A stretch of DNA of 62,446 nucleotides, counting the filler, from Choristocarpus tenellus KU-1152 (taxonomy: Eukaryota; Protista; Phaeophyceae): assembly GCA_964200185.2 (NCBI GenBank). It is 10 parts of 10 records of this genome, joined end to end, with 100 filler letters (N's around TTAATTAATTAA, not from the genome) between each part and the next. Parts side by side here need not be neighbours in the genome. Positions count along the whole stretch, not along the records: positions 39,530 to 43,526 come from CAXNAD020016749.1; positions 43,627 to 50,624 come from CAXNAD020006898.1; positions 50,725 to 57,626 come from CAXNAD020007101.1; 7 more parts are not named here. One strand, written 5' to 3'. The position numbers and the translations under genes were made by a program. This document shows, piece by piece, positions 39,430 through 51,635 of this stretch; the stretch's first letter is position 1; every line of letters starts with the position of its first letter. Under the pieces are notes generated by a model. The model saw only the letters and a program-made list of their open reading frames with translations, did not search any database and had not been told where the DNA came from.

Positions 39430-41530
39430 NNNNNNNNNNNNNNNNNNNNNNNNNNNNNNNNNNNNNNNNNNNNTTAATTAATTAANNNNNNNNNNNNNNN
39501 NNNNNNNNNNNNNNNNNNNNNNNNNNNNNCATCAACTCCACCTTGCCCTGTACGAAATGTACCAACAAGAGCGTGAGGGGCGTTGTCCTTAAGGCCTGAC
39601 GTGTCATCCTCTATTTAGCTTCCTCTCGGTGTATGAGACGTCCTTATTGGTTGGTGTACGTGTTGGTTGTTGTGCCGTGTGTATCCCTTGATCGAGGCCG
39701 CTGCAATCTTGCTGCCAATATTTGTTGATATTATCATCACATTTTTTTGTTTTGTTGATACTATGATCATTATTTATTGTTAGTATTATAATTATTTACT
39801 GTCTGCGGCGTGGCGAACAGGGGGGTTCAAGTGGGGCAGGGGCAGGGGAGGGAGGAGGAAACGGGATCACTGGGGACACAGAAGGGACGAGGTCAGGGGT
39901 GACGACATTCGTTGAGGAGGATAAGTGTGAAAAGTAATTCAAGGAAGAAGGGGGGGGGGAGGGAAGCAGAACATTCAGGGCAATCAAAGGTGTGGGGAAT
40001 GGAGAGGAGTGAAGCAAAAACTGCAAAGTGCAAATCTTGATACAATAATGTACCCCTGTACAATGCAGATTGTCAAAGCAAAACAACTCATACCATGCCT
40101 TCAGACACCCAAGGAGGACAGGACTCCGATCTCTTGTTGGTATTACAATGGAAAGCCTATCGAAGCTCATGAAGATGAGCAGTCATTGCACAAATGTCTA
40201 TGCCCTCCTCTGCACGCCTCCAATATTGGAATAATGTTGGAATAATGTTTTTGTTTCAGCAGATGCATTTTTGGTCTATCTGATTGGCCTCCGGTTGATA
40301 CCCCCCCCCCTTGTTCTTCCAACTACTTGTCCCACATAAATGTTGTACCACATAAAAAGGGTATACCTCTTTCTCCTGTATTGTTTGTGCAACTTTTTGT
40401 TTCTCCTCTTGGAGCTGCTCGCATTCCTCTTCCTTTTCAGCTCTTTTTTTGGCGGCCAGGGCTGCAGGCTGTCTGAGCATGGAAAGGTTGCTATCCGGCC
40501 TGAGACTCGACCCCGTTGCAAGAATTTCAGCACAATCCCCCCCCCCCACCATACATGTTGCACATACGTTAGGCTGTACATGATATCAGACTACTCTGTA
40601 TTAATACTGCGAGGATCAAAGTTGTTGTTGGGATTTCAATTGCACACGAGGTCTACTCATGCACACAGGTTCAAGGTAAGAATGTTGTTGGGATGGGGGG
40701 GGGGGGGAGGAAGTGGAGTTTACTTCCATCTCCCTCCCTTAGAGATAAACCTCCAATGTCCTGAACCTCACGGAATGCAACAAAGCTCCTGCCAGTCAAT
40801 TTTGTCTTATTTTTCTAATTGAATGATGCTCCAGTGCAGGAACAGTTTCGCCTTCACCTCTTGCCTTTGCACAGTGGGTAAATTGCTATTAGTATTGCAT
40901 ACGAGTACAGTTGGAAGCCACAGAAGGTGTAGGGGCACCTTCCCCTTCCCCTTCCTCACTCCTGGTCAACCAATGCATTGTAGAAACACACAAGTAAGCA
41001 TCTCGCGTCAAAATCCTTGCACGGGAGTTCCTATTGCATTCGAAGGCAAGAGCTTCTGGCGCTTGCGTCACTTGTTTGACAGTTTCGGTAGAGACAAGTC
41101 ATCAGACCGGCTACAGGGTCCACCTCATGATTTCGTCCTCGCAGTGTGGGTTTACTATAGTAAGTTGGCGTGATCTGTTTCTAAACCCGTTGTCACTATA
41201 ACCAGACAGGCCTGACTTGACCACAGGCTCTCCCATTTTCTCAATTCTCAGATGCCAAAAAAAACATACAAAAACTGGCTCTTTATCTTACAAAACCCGT
41301 GACCGTAAAATTTGATATCTGAAACCCATCAATCCCTATATATATATATATATATATAAATATTTTTAAATGCAATGCCTTCCTCAGCCGCTTGTATCAG
41401 GGTATTGTAGGAAGGAGGATACAAACGGAATTTCTTCATGTATATCTATATATATCTATATTAATCTATATATATACATATGCACACGTACATTTTTTTT
41501 GTTTTTTAAAATGAATTTACTCATTGTCTT

Positions 41531-43262
41531 TCACCTGCTTGCCAACGCCTTCTCCACCTGTTCACGTACGGACTGGTTGTCCCGTTGTAGTTGGTATACC
41601 AGCTGTTCAATCTCCTCAATATCCTTTTTTTGTCATTATGGCATAGGGAGGGTCATCATTATTATTATTATTTATTTATTTTTGGGGGGGCTGGGGTCAT
41701 TATTTTTTATTTTTAGGATCAGTGAAATGGATTAGGGTTAGGGTTAGGTTTAGGTTTTTTATCAGGGTTAGGGTTTGGGATAGTATTAGTGTTAGAGATT
41801 GGGACAATGTTAGGTTTAGAGTTAGGGTTAGGGACTGGGACAGGGTTAGGCTTTGAGTTAGGATTAGGGATTGGCCTAAGGTTAGCACTATACTGCTCGG
41901 GTTAGAGATCAGGATAGCACTCCAAGTCTAGAGTTAGAGATAGGAATTGTACTAGGATTAGGGCTAGAGAATGGTGTTTGGGATAGGTGTTTATTGCTAG
42001 TGTTAATATTGTCATTGGTGATAGCGTTAGGTCTAAAATAAAGAACAGACTCAGCACAGGACTTGTGGTGAGGGGATAGGTTGAGTCGAGGGCTGTGTTT
42101 GTACTAGGGGGTAATGTGGAGTGCCACTGAGTGTCAAGGGTCCCCTCTGGCTCTCTCTTGAGAGATATTTCTGGAGCGCGCAGGTGCTTGTGGTGTTGAA
42201 GTTGACTGTTTGTTGAAGTTGACTGTTAATGTTTTATTTTATGGATTTCATTTTTTCTCGTAGAAGCAAGTTGTCCTTACCAACGGCCCCTGGTTTTTCT
42301 AATGTCTTGAGCTTGCTTGACTTATAACAGAATTGACCATGCCCTCGAAAACTTGAAGCTGACAGAATCAAAACACCCCCCCTTCCCCGCTTGGTTATTT
42401 GACTTGTGATGGAGAGGTAGCGTTATAGTAGTACTATTAATACAATATATACGGTATAATAGATTATGGTATAATAGAACATGGTATCATAGGTGAGGGT
42501 ATAACAGACTGTGGTGTTAACAGATATGGTGTAACTAGTAAGGTGTATTAGATGTGGTAGAATGGGTATGGTATAATAGATGTGGCAAGAGATGGAAAGC
42601 CTTCCTGAACGATGAGCTTCAACAGTGGGAGGAAGGAGTCGCAGGGCCAGAAGTAGAGACGGTGATGACTGATGAGGAGGTTAGGGTTAGGGTTGCGCAC
42701 TTGAGGGTTCAGTTACATGGGACACACAAACGCCTCCTCCACCCAATGGAACAATTAATGTGGTATAATTGATATAGCACTGTAGACACGGTATACAGTA
42801 GATATGGTTCTCTGGAGCCGGGATCAGCAGTAGGGGTTTGGATGAGAGTTAGAACAACATTCGTGTAACCATGGAATAATTCCTTTTACTAATAATTACT
42901 AGTCTTGTTTCCAGCGTAGTTTTGACAAATTGAGCAAGGTGGGAGGAGAAAAAGAAAATAGTTATATATATATATAGATAGATAATATATTCTCACATAA
43001 TAAAATATAAGAAAATGAGCCTCTCTGCATTTTTTTTTTCTTTTCCTTCTTTGTTGTAACAAACAAACAAGCAGACACAGTTTGCATTCCTTCAGTTCGC
43101 TACACTTCGGATTCCCAAGCAAGACCAGCCTGTACTTGTACTTGTACTTGTACTTCCACAGGTACCGGTTCCGCCCTGCGACTGCAGCACCAAGTACTGG
43201 TCGTGTACTCAGGAAAGCGAGCCTGGGCTTCTCGGCACTGAATGTCCCGACATGAAGTATCA
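41531..43262 (-). CDS. 3' exons of an unidentified gene (partial)
   Basis: Candidate exon 43166-43262 (ILHVGTFSAEKPRLAFLSTRPVLGAAVAGRN) splices in phase to an exon starting at 42668 (RHHRLYFWPCDSFLPLLKLIVQE). A terminal exon 41531-41623 reads DIEEIEQLVYQLQRDNQSVREQVEKALASR*. Intermediate exons are uncertain. Confidence 0.45.
41731..41990. repeat. Degenerate (TTAGGG)n interstitial telomeric-type tract
   Basis: Hexamer periodicity with perfect TTAGGG units at the start, decaying distally. Confidence 0.8.
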
Positions 43263-43482
43263 CTTGTCAATTTTGTCACTGCACCTATGCATACTGTTTG
43301 TTCAACACAATTCTGTTTGTTAGCAGGCTCAAGATGCTCAATCGCACATAGGGAGAACCACTGATATCATGGACCCACTTGAGAGCATCCTCAACCGACA
43401 TCTCCCGACTTGAGCACAAAAATCACCATCAACCATCAACCATCAAATGTACTTCTTTTCGAGCAACAGTTCAGCTCCCCTT

Positions 43483-43526
<44 letters not shown>

Positions 43527-43626
43527 NNNNNNNNNNNNNNNNNNNNNNNNNNNNNNNNNNNNNNNNNNNNTTAATTAATTAANNNNNNNNNNNNNNNNNN
43601 NNNNNNNNNNNNNNNNNNNNNNNNNN

Positions 43627-43961
43627 AACTACCGTACATTCAAAGTACAGTATAAAGCATCAAATCACATCAAACTACCGTACATTCAAAGTACAGTATA
43701 AAGCATCAAATCACATCAAACTACCGTACATTCAAAGTACAGTATAAAGCATCCAATCACATCAAACTACTGTACATTCAAAGTACAGTATAAAGCATCC
43801 AATCACATCAAACTACTGTACATTCAAAGTACAGTATAAAGCATCCAATCACATCAAACTACCGTACATTCAAAGTACAGCATAAAGCATCCAATCACAT
43901 CAAACTACCGTACTATCAAAGTACAGCATAAAGCATCCAATCACATCAAACTACTGTACAT
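43627..43961. repeat. 46-bp tandem minisatellite, 7 full copies plus a partial, open-ended at the contig start
   Basis: Unit AACTACCGTACATTCAAAGTACAGTATAAAGCATC(A/C)AATCACATCA, head to tail, no spacers. Confidence 0.95.
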
Positions 43962-46780
43962 CGTATCGAAGCGCATAAACTATTTTCCTAAATTTGTGTC
44001 CATTTACATCACATAATAACTGCTCGATGATTCCTGCCCGGGCCAAGGCCACCCACCACAAGAGCTACCACCAGGGATGGCGTGCATAAGGGTTCGACAA
44101 ACCTCAACACACAGAGGAACACCGTTGTCTCCCCCCCCCCCACTCCCGTCCAAGATGGTGGTTGTACCTTCGTGTTGGCCTGCAATGACGCCTCCCCGGG
44201 AGTGAACTCCTTCGCAGAGGCGGAAAGGCAATGTACCTCTGGGTAGAGAGGCAACAACAGAAAAATAGTTCTAGGGTTAGGGATCAGCTTTAGGGTCGTG
44301 GCAGTCATGAATGAGAATTGAAAAACCCCCAAAAAATTATTCAAGCATCCGCAACAGATAGCTCCGTGTATGCGAGGTGGGAATTGAAGAGAGTTCTTAT
44401 AACTAGCCCCTGCACGCACGCCCATGTGCTTGAGTCAGTGCTACTGGGGGGTATTCAAAATGCACAAAACTCTTGTCAAGAACCATATGTCTTCCCAATG
44501 CATCCCGTGGGCAGTGAGAGCCGCGTCGTTGAATCGAGGGGATCACTAGAAAAGATCTTCCTCGACCTAATCCTGAAGGTTGAATAAAACTGGACCACCT
44601 CTCTTTCTGTAACACATATCTCAGAGTAACACTTCGACACCCTCTCACAACACAACACCCCCTCAAAGTTTTGCTTTTTAGAGTTCAGTAATTTGATGTG
44701 CACAAAGCCGTTTCTGTTGGGCGTATCCAGGCATGCCCAATTGAATATCGTGCTCTATCGAGTCTCACATCTTGATCAAGAAGGAAAACGCCATTGGCAT
44801 GATAGCAAATCCCCATGGCATAAAATATGCAAAGACTTGGTTGGACATCCACTTCTTTTTTTTTGACAATTTCACACCCCAAATCTGCTCCAACTCAAAA
44901 TTCAAGGTGCAACCTGGTGCACCTTTGCGACCAGTGCCAATGGAAAAAGCACCTCTGTCAGTGATGCTACAGTCCTGCAATGCTCGGGAAAATATACACC
45001 ATGCATGAAGGTGTGATCTTGAGAGCCAGAGGGGAGAATTGCCACGTTTTGGCTAATTCCTGACCCAAGACGGTGAACAGGTCGACTTTTTGATACTACT
45101 ATTCATCCTACACCATTTGGTTCCAGGCGCGTTTCAAGTCACCCTGGACATCTAACACGGAACTTTCTAGTGCATAGATTGAACTGCAACATTTCCTGAC
45201 AAGGAGCACAAAAAAAAAATAGGGTCAACTAAGAATGTGTGGGGCCATGTAATGTGGCCTTGGGTAGGGTAGGATCGCCCAAGCTTGGCATCCACCAGAA
45301 CCAATGTTCCTTGATCGACTGCTATTCTGGGCTCCACACTTTGCTCAAGGAGATACTCCGGAATAGCAACGTGTTCGAAAAAAAAGGACCATGAGGGTGA
45401 CCAAGGTTGACATCATTTCCCTCCATTTCAAAAATTACAGTAGTTTGCGGCCAAGGTTGACGGAGAGTGTACAGAATGGGACCTTTGTGAGGGCTCCTCC
45501 TTTGTGTGTGTATCTGTCCATGTTTGGAATTAGTCCTTGAGATGTAGCAAATGAGATAGTGCATCCAGACTAATAATTGATTGGTAAGCTGGATAGGCTA
45601 CACCGTTTTGATAGTTTATATCTTTCTGTAAGATCATTATGTTGGCAAGACATCAATTGCGTTGATACACGATTCAAACCAACACGCTGCTGTGGCTGCT
45701 GTGAGAGACAACAAATCGTGCACGGAGATTACGTATATTCATGGCAACGAATAATCAGGGAGACAAATAAGAATATGATACAAAAACGAGAATAGACCCT
45801 AGGTCACTCTTCTGTTCTATAAGTAATTATCCACACTTGGCAACTTGAGACGCGTGAGAATTTCATCTCCTTTCTTTCTCGAGGTCTATCCTGATCAAAC
45901 TTCCACCACCAGCATTCACAATTGGTAATCTTCCATCTCACCGATGAAATCGCCGAGCCCAGGAAGCTCTGCCTGTAGTATATCTGCAATATCATCTGTT
46001 TCATGAGGTACACTAGTGTAAAATCTTTCAGAAGCCTCCACCATCTTGACGCCGTCCAAGCAAGGAGAGGCAAGTCCTGTTCGAGAGGAACTGGTGGGAC
46101 AGGTGGAGGTTGGTTGGGGCTACGGAGATAGGACAAATGAGCCTCGCGAGATAACAGATTATTACCTCCCATCTGGTGTACTGGGAGAGACGCAGGCAGA
46201 ACAAAAGGGGACGTGAGGTGAGGGACGGGATAACAAGGAAGACTTCACATTTAGAGACCCTCTACGTTAAAAAGTTACCTCAAGTGACTTGTTGCCTCCA
46301 GGCTGTCATGACTTCAATTGTACTCATCAACATATTCTCAGGAAATGGTTTGATTCGAACGAAAGGTTAATCAGCCCTCTACGTTTGCACAGTATTTGTG
46401 CATTTGCGAGGAACCCCAACACTGTGATGCAGACTTGTGTACTGTTGATTCACTCGCAGAAAAAAGCTCCAACTTGGCGTGGAATTATTTCCGGTTCGAC
46501 AGCTTACCAGAATATATTCCAATGCTCGCAGCCTGTGCCTCCTTAGCGGTGCAGATGAAGGAGATGTCCTTAGGGTTCCTTCCCTGTTGCTTCCAGATAC
46601 GCTTTCCTCTCAAGGTTCAAACTTTGAACATCTTTTACACCTTTTGATCAAAGAAATCTATTTAAAGAATGAATACGATACCTTATACGGTGTCGAATGC
46701 ATTAATGTGTCATGTATATGTTGAGATTTTTGGGGTTTTCCAAGTAAGCATTTGTTAGAGGTGTGCTCTAATCAAGGTAG

Positions 46781-49574
46781 ATGGTGCTCTCCCCTATCAT
46801 GTTGCGAGATTGTTCCCTCCTTTCGATGGTTGCTTTGATCCTACCGAGGGTCTTGTCGTTTGCTCCCACCATGCGCTGGATGCCATCGTATGACATTTCA
46901 AGTCATCGATATATACGGAAACCAACTGCAATGTCGATGTCGGGTTTGACCTCATCCGCAGCAGGCAAAACGACTCGACCCCTGGAGCTGTGGTTGGATG
47001 CTCGTGGGAAAATGATGATTCACTTTGGTTCCTTGATGGAATCCGCTGACAGGGTGGTCCTAGATGAGGCAACGGTGCAGAACAATGAGTCCGAGAAGTT
47101 GCCAAGGAGGTGTGGAGAACAGATCGCAGCTGTGGTTGATGGTCCTGATGTAGGTCGAAACCATGTGCTAATATAAAATTATTTCAGGCTTGCGCTCTAA
47201 TTCGTTCAATGTGTCCCTTGGCGTCACCTTCTGTTGTGTGTCGAGGTAGAACAGTACTTTTCGAGGGTTTTTGCGTTGGTCTCCCGTAACTTTGTGCATG
47301 AACGTAATCTCCCCTCGATGCTCTTTGCTCACGCTGATGTTGGAAACGCGACGGTTCATAGAGCATCCAAGCGCTAGAATTGGAACGATTGTGAAATTGG
47401 AAGGTGCAATTTGTCGTGCTCATGCGTACACCAAACTCCTCTTTGGAATTAACAGAGTTGCCCTCACTTCCACATCATTGATAGTGTTGAGTAGTATTCG
47501 GGTTTCCTTTTGTGTACAGTTGAATTTATGTAGCTCGGAGTTCAGGAATTGAGCAAACTTGTTGGAATTAAATTAATGTAATTCACAAAGTATATGAGGG
47601 TTATTCCACGCACAAAATGCTTTGGAGTATTTTGTGGAGACCATGTCAGTCCTATAGTGCTCATATAATGTTGGGATCCAAACGAATCTCAGTTGGGAAC
47701 GTAACCTGTCATATTAGCGATGACAGCAAATATTGTTTGGAAATTGAGCTACAGCGCCTGCGGGCCTTATTGTGGTGGGGGGGCGTTCGTTGATTCTCAA
47801 AGGCCACCTTCGAACCGCTTGTTGATTCAGTTTGATTGGTCAGTCTAGCCATTCATTGAAAAGTGTTCAGGTGACTCGAACCTACGCTATCAGCATTGCT
47901 ACTGTACATGTTCCAGGTCTTGTGTACTAGCAACGACTTGCTGAAAGGGGGATGATATAGAGGTGATGTTACTGGTCCCACAGAGTTCGGACACAGCTGT
48001 GAACCACATCCTGTTCAAATCAAATCCTTTCAAGATAGTAGTAGTATTCCACGAGTACTCAATGAGACAAGTGAACATGTTGCATTCTAAATACATGTAG
48101 GGTCTAGTAAAATCTTGTATGGATCCTTCTCTTTTTCATGATGTATCAATCTAGAAATGCGTGCATTGGGCATACACAGTCCAATGATGAGTGCGCATTT
48201 ACAAGAGACTGCTCAGTACAATCCCCTTCACTTACGCATCATCTCTTGTTACTAGTCCGCACCCATAAAATCTCATGCCCACTTAATTCAACCTTCTACC
48301 TGACTCACTCATCGCAGCTGCTGTCCAGTTCTCCATGTAGCCCTACCCTTTCTTTGGCGCCCCTTGAAACTATTAAGGTCTATACTGATGACTGTTAATA
48401 ACGACTCGTAATGCCCTGAAGGTGGGTTGTAGTGCAAGAAGATGGTCGTATGCTTGATGAATCGGGAGACGTTGTTGGAGCATCGATGGTCATCTCCGAC
48501 CCCAAGGGACAGGGTCGTGCTTTGTCTCTCGTAGGGTCTGTCGACTGGATACAGGTACGCCACTAAAGGGTATGCCATTCGAGGTGTTTTTGAAGTACAA
48601 TTCTCTGCACACAGTGGCAGTAGAGCCACGATGTTTTATGGAGGACCACCTGCACCTACTGTGCAAGCATTGCACACATCCCATTGGACACTGGGAGAAG
48701 AGTCATGAAACCTACCTACCGTAGACCCCCGTTCGCAAGAACACTGTCCTTCACCTGTATTCTCAGAGAGGAAGGTCCGGGCCTGTTCCTTCCTTTTCAC
48801 CCACTGAATATCTATCGTACAGAGAGCCAGAGAGGAACATGGCAATCCTCGGGATGTGACATACCAAGAAGGCTTTGTACGACTTTGAAGAAGGGACAAC
48901 TTCTTTGTGGTATTTAACCCCTACTCCACGTCCCTTGCCAGTTAAATAATGTCATCCAGTGCCATATGGAGGTTGAGTTCGAATAGCTCCATCTGACTGG
49001 CTGTTCGACATAAGCGATTCTGCTGCTTTCGGTTCTGTTCCAATACACTTCCCAGAATACTTACAGAATTTTATTACCTCCAATCGTTAAAAAAAAAAAT
49101 CACCACGATTCACATTGAACGTAATTTTTCTTATGTACTGAAAAAGAGGTGTACCTTTTATTTTGACGGGATTCAAATTGCCATCTTTTATTTTTTTTAT
49201 TCCATCTCGAGCTAAGCCAGTCCTATTGTTGATTTTTTATTTATTGACAGGCGTTTGATGCCGTACATTACCGTAATGATCATATATAGCTTTTTGTCTC
49301 AACGCAACCCAAGAGTTGTCTCATCAACATCATTTTTTTTTAATGTGACCCGCTTCTTCTCGATATCGCCATCACTACCATTTAATCTCATCAAAACTCT
49401 ATTATTTTTATTATAAACACCGTAGAAATTACGGTCTCATTGTTTTGTTTTCTTTTTTTCTTTTTTTGATGCATGGTGCGAGTCACTCAGGTGGCGTGCT
49501 CGGACTGGACTATGATACCGGCTGAAAACCTTGTGTCAGCGGCAGGGGGCACTCCCACCAAGATCGCCCTGCAG
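46781..49574 (+). CDS. Type II (archaeal AroB'-like) 3-dehydroquinate synthase family protein, plastid-targeted, 5' part
   Basis: Exon 1 46781-~47153: signal peptide ending VLS-FAP, Ser/Thr/Arg-rich transit peptide, LELWLDARG. Exon ~48433-48554: …QGRALSLVGSVDWIQ. Exon 49491-49574: VACSDWTMIPAENLVSAAGGTPTKIALQ, containing the W-x-x-IP-x-EN-L motif of DHQS II. The rest is not seen before the gap at 50625; the exon1/2 junction is uncertain. Confidence 0.8.
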
Positions 49575-50792
49575 GTGATAAAAAAAACTGTCACGTGTTT
49601 CTGATACATAATACTGGTGCTTCACAGTAACAGAAAAAAATATATAAGCGTACTTGATCTTTGATATGATCACGGTAGGCTGGCTCTTTAAAAAAAAAAC
49701 GGTTTTGTAGTGTTTACATGGTGTAGTCATATTAGTACCAGTTCTGCTCAGCTCCCTTCAACCTTCAACTCGCCATCGCTGTACAGAGTGTGATATCTAG
49801 GTGGACAACAGCAGTATAGAGAAAGTTAGTGAGGTATTACAAACTGATAATAGTAGTAGTAGTAATATTAGTAGAAGTAGTAGTAGTAGTAGTGAGTGTT
49901 GCGAGTAGGGTAGGCTTGTAGGGTGAATCAATGCATCCAACTAGCTAGATAAGGCCTACAGGCTATCCTACCAGTGTAACTATTAAAAAAAAATGCACAT
50001 CATGTCCCTACCCCCCCCCCGACAAGTCTCCTTGATGACGACTCTATATGTCACAAAGGAGTTGAACATGATGTTGGCGGCGTTGTTGTGCATACTTTTT
50101 TTCTTCCAACACTGGGGGGGGGCAAGTCACGTTCCGTTGCAGGCAGCGGCATTCATTGGATACTCCTGGAGCAAAAAGGGCTAGTAGAACTAACCCTAAC
50201 CCTAAGTGACCGACACACTGACCAGTAGTGTAGGCTTTGTGTACGATTTAGGGTTGGAGTTAGGGTAGGGTTACGAAGGGAAAACTCTAAGATACAGCGG
50301 GTTACCCGATTTTGGGCCAAACATTATGAACCAAATCAACTTATCAATTTTATTTCACTTTTTTCGACGCGCTCAAAAAAAATGGATTTTGTACCGGAAT
50401 TCTCGGGAGATTTAGCACAAAATCCCAGAGATATTCACGCGAGTTTGGCGCGCGCGTGAAAAATTCTCGCGAAAAGTGCTCTTCTTCCTGGGTCATGCTA
50501 CCATACATCAGTACAATACGTTGCTGGAAGGGGAATAAAGTGGAAGCCATGCCTTGTGCAGCGGGAAACCTCTGTAAGATGCCTTCAAACACACCGGGTC
50601 CGCCTTTATACACAATCCACAAGTNNNNNNNNNNNNNNNNNNNNNNNNNNNNNNNNNNNNNNNNNNNNTTAATTAATTAANNNNNNNNNNNNNNNNNNNN
50701 NNNNNNNNNNNNNNNNNNNNNNNNCAAGCAATCTCGCTGGGTTTATCACCTTTATCCTCTTTGATGATTTTGGGGATACTTTAACAACTCAC

Positions 50793-51635
50793 ACTCGCGT
50801 GTATCGCCTAGGTAAAATGCTGTTCTCATGAAAAGCGAGAGGATTGGGCAAGCGAGGGTCAAGGGCGATTTAAGGAGAATTGCTCGCGCATGAGCAACAC
50901 GTATTGCATGTATAGATAGGGGAGAATGAACCTACCTCTTCCTCTATTGCATTTATACTTCATTGTTGTAGGTTCTCGACAAGGCGAATGAATGTGTACC
51001 CTTGTATTTCAGATGTCCCAACAAGTCAACGATTTGAGTGAACAAACCCTTGTCTCTCACCAAGTCTGAAGTCAGCTACAGGTTGTGCCGTTGCAAGAGC
51101 GTAAGCGATAGAGCACTCGTCCACACCCAGACCGACAATGCAATATGACCACCTGGACTGGGGATCAAGACTACCATCCTGTTGAGGAACGTGGCGAGAG
51201 ATGGATCTAAGATGAGTAAAACGTCTCGTGAAAGTCTTACGCCTCAAGTCTCAGCATGTCGTTCACTGTTTACTGACTGTGGTCACTCTCTGATCCCGAT
51301 AATGTTTACCCGTGTGTGTTATCGGGAATACAACCAGTGGGACCGCAACCGTGGTCATCGAACGTCCGCAGATCGGAGACAGACGCAGTGATAGACGAAA
51401 CTGACATCTTTTCAGCAACCTCCACCCATGCACCTGAAAGTGGAGAAGTAGGAAGATAGGCCCTGTGTCTTGAAACCAGAACATATTAGTATTGTTGTGG
51501 ACCAGTAGGAGGATCAAATACTTGACGAAACAATGGGCAAGGTAAAATTCTCTATCCTCGCGACAGACCAGTGAGAGTAGAGTTCAAGGCGAGGAGTAGA
51601 CCCCCGAACAGGACTGTTGTTGTGCGCGTAGACAT
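50793..51635 (-). pseudogene. Secreted protein with a brown-algal GCxPxGC…(R)DG…SRWS…C (galactose-binding/discoidin-like) domain; 2-nt frameshift (pseudogene or assembly error), partial
   Basis: Exon 51569-51635 is a signal peptide (MSTRTTTVLFGGLLLALNSTLTG). Then 51310-51433 (…DDHGCGPTGCIPDNT), 51061-51178 (DGSLDPQSRWSYCIVGLGVDECSIAYAL…) and ~50793-50819 (AFYLGDTRE). Exon 2 is 2 nt too long, in an (AC)n run. Confidence 0.7.

Noticed and set aside
43379-43582. Poly-proline ORF
   Set aside because: A poly-C run at a contig end, probably a sequencing artefact.
43627-43961. CRISPR-like array
   Set aside because: Units are head to tail with no unique spacers, no cas genes are present, and the context is eukaryotic; it is a minisatellite.
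45804-46640. Gene divergent from the DHQS II gene
   Set aside because: Some exon-like stretches exist, but I could not build a consistent start and reading frame.
47800-47900. tRNA-like GGTTCGA motifs on the minus strand (~47810 and ~47875)
   Set aside because: T-stem arms do not pair and no cloverleaf can be built; at most a decayed SINE head.
49574-51635. Functional cluster of DHQS II with the secreted-domain gene
   Set aside because: They lie on different contigs separated by an artificial linker.
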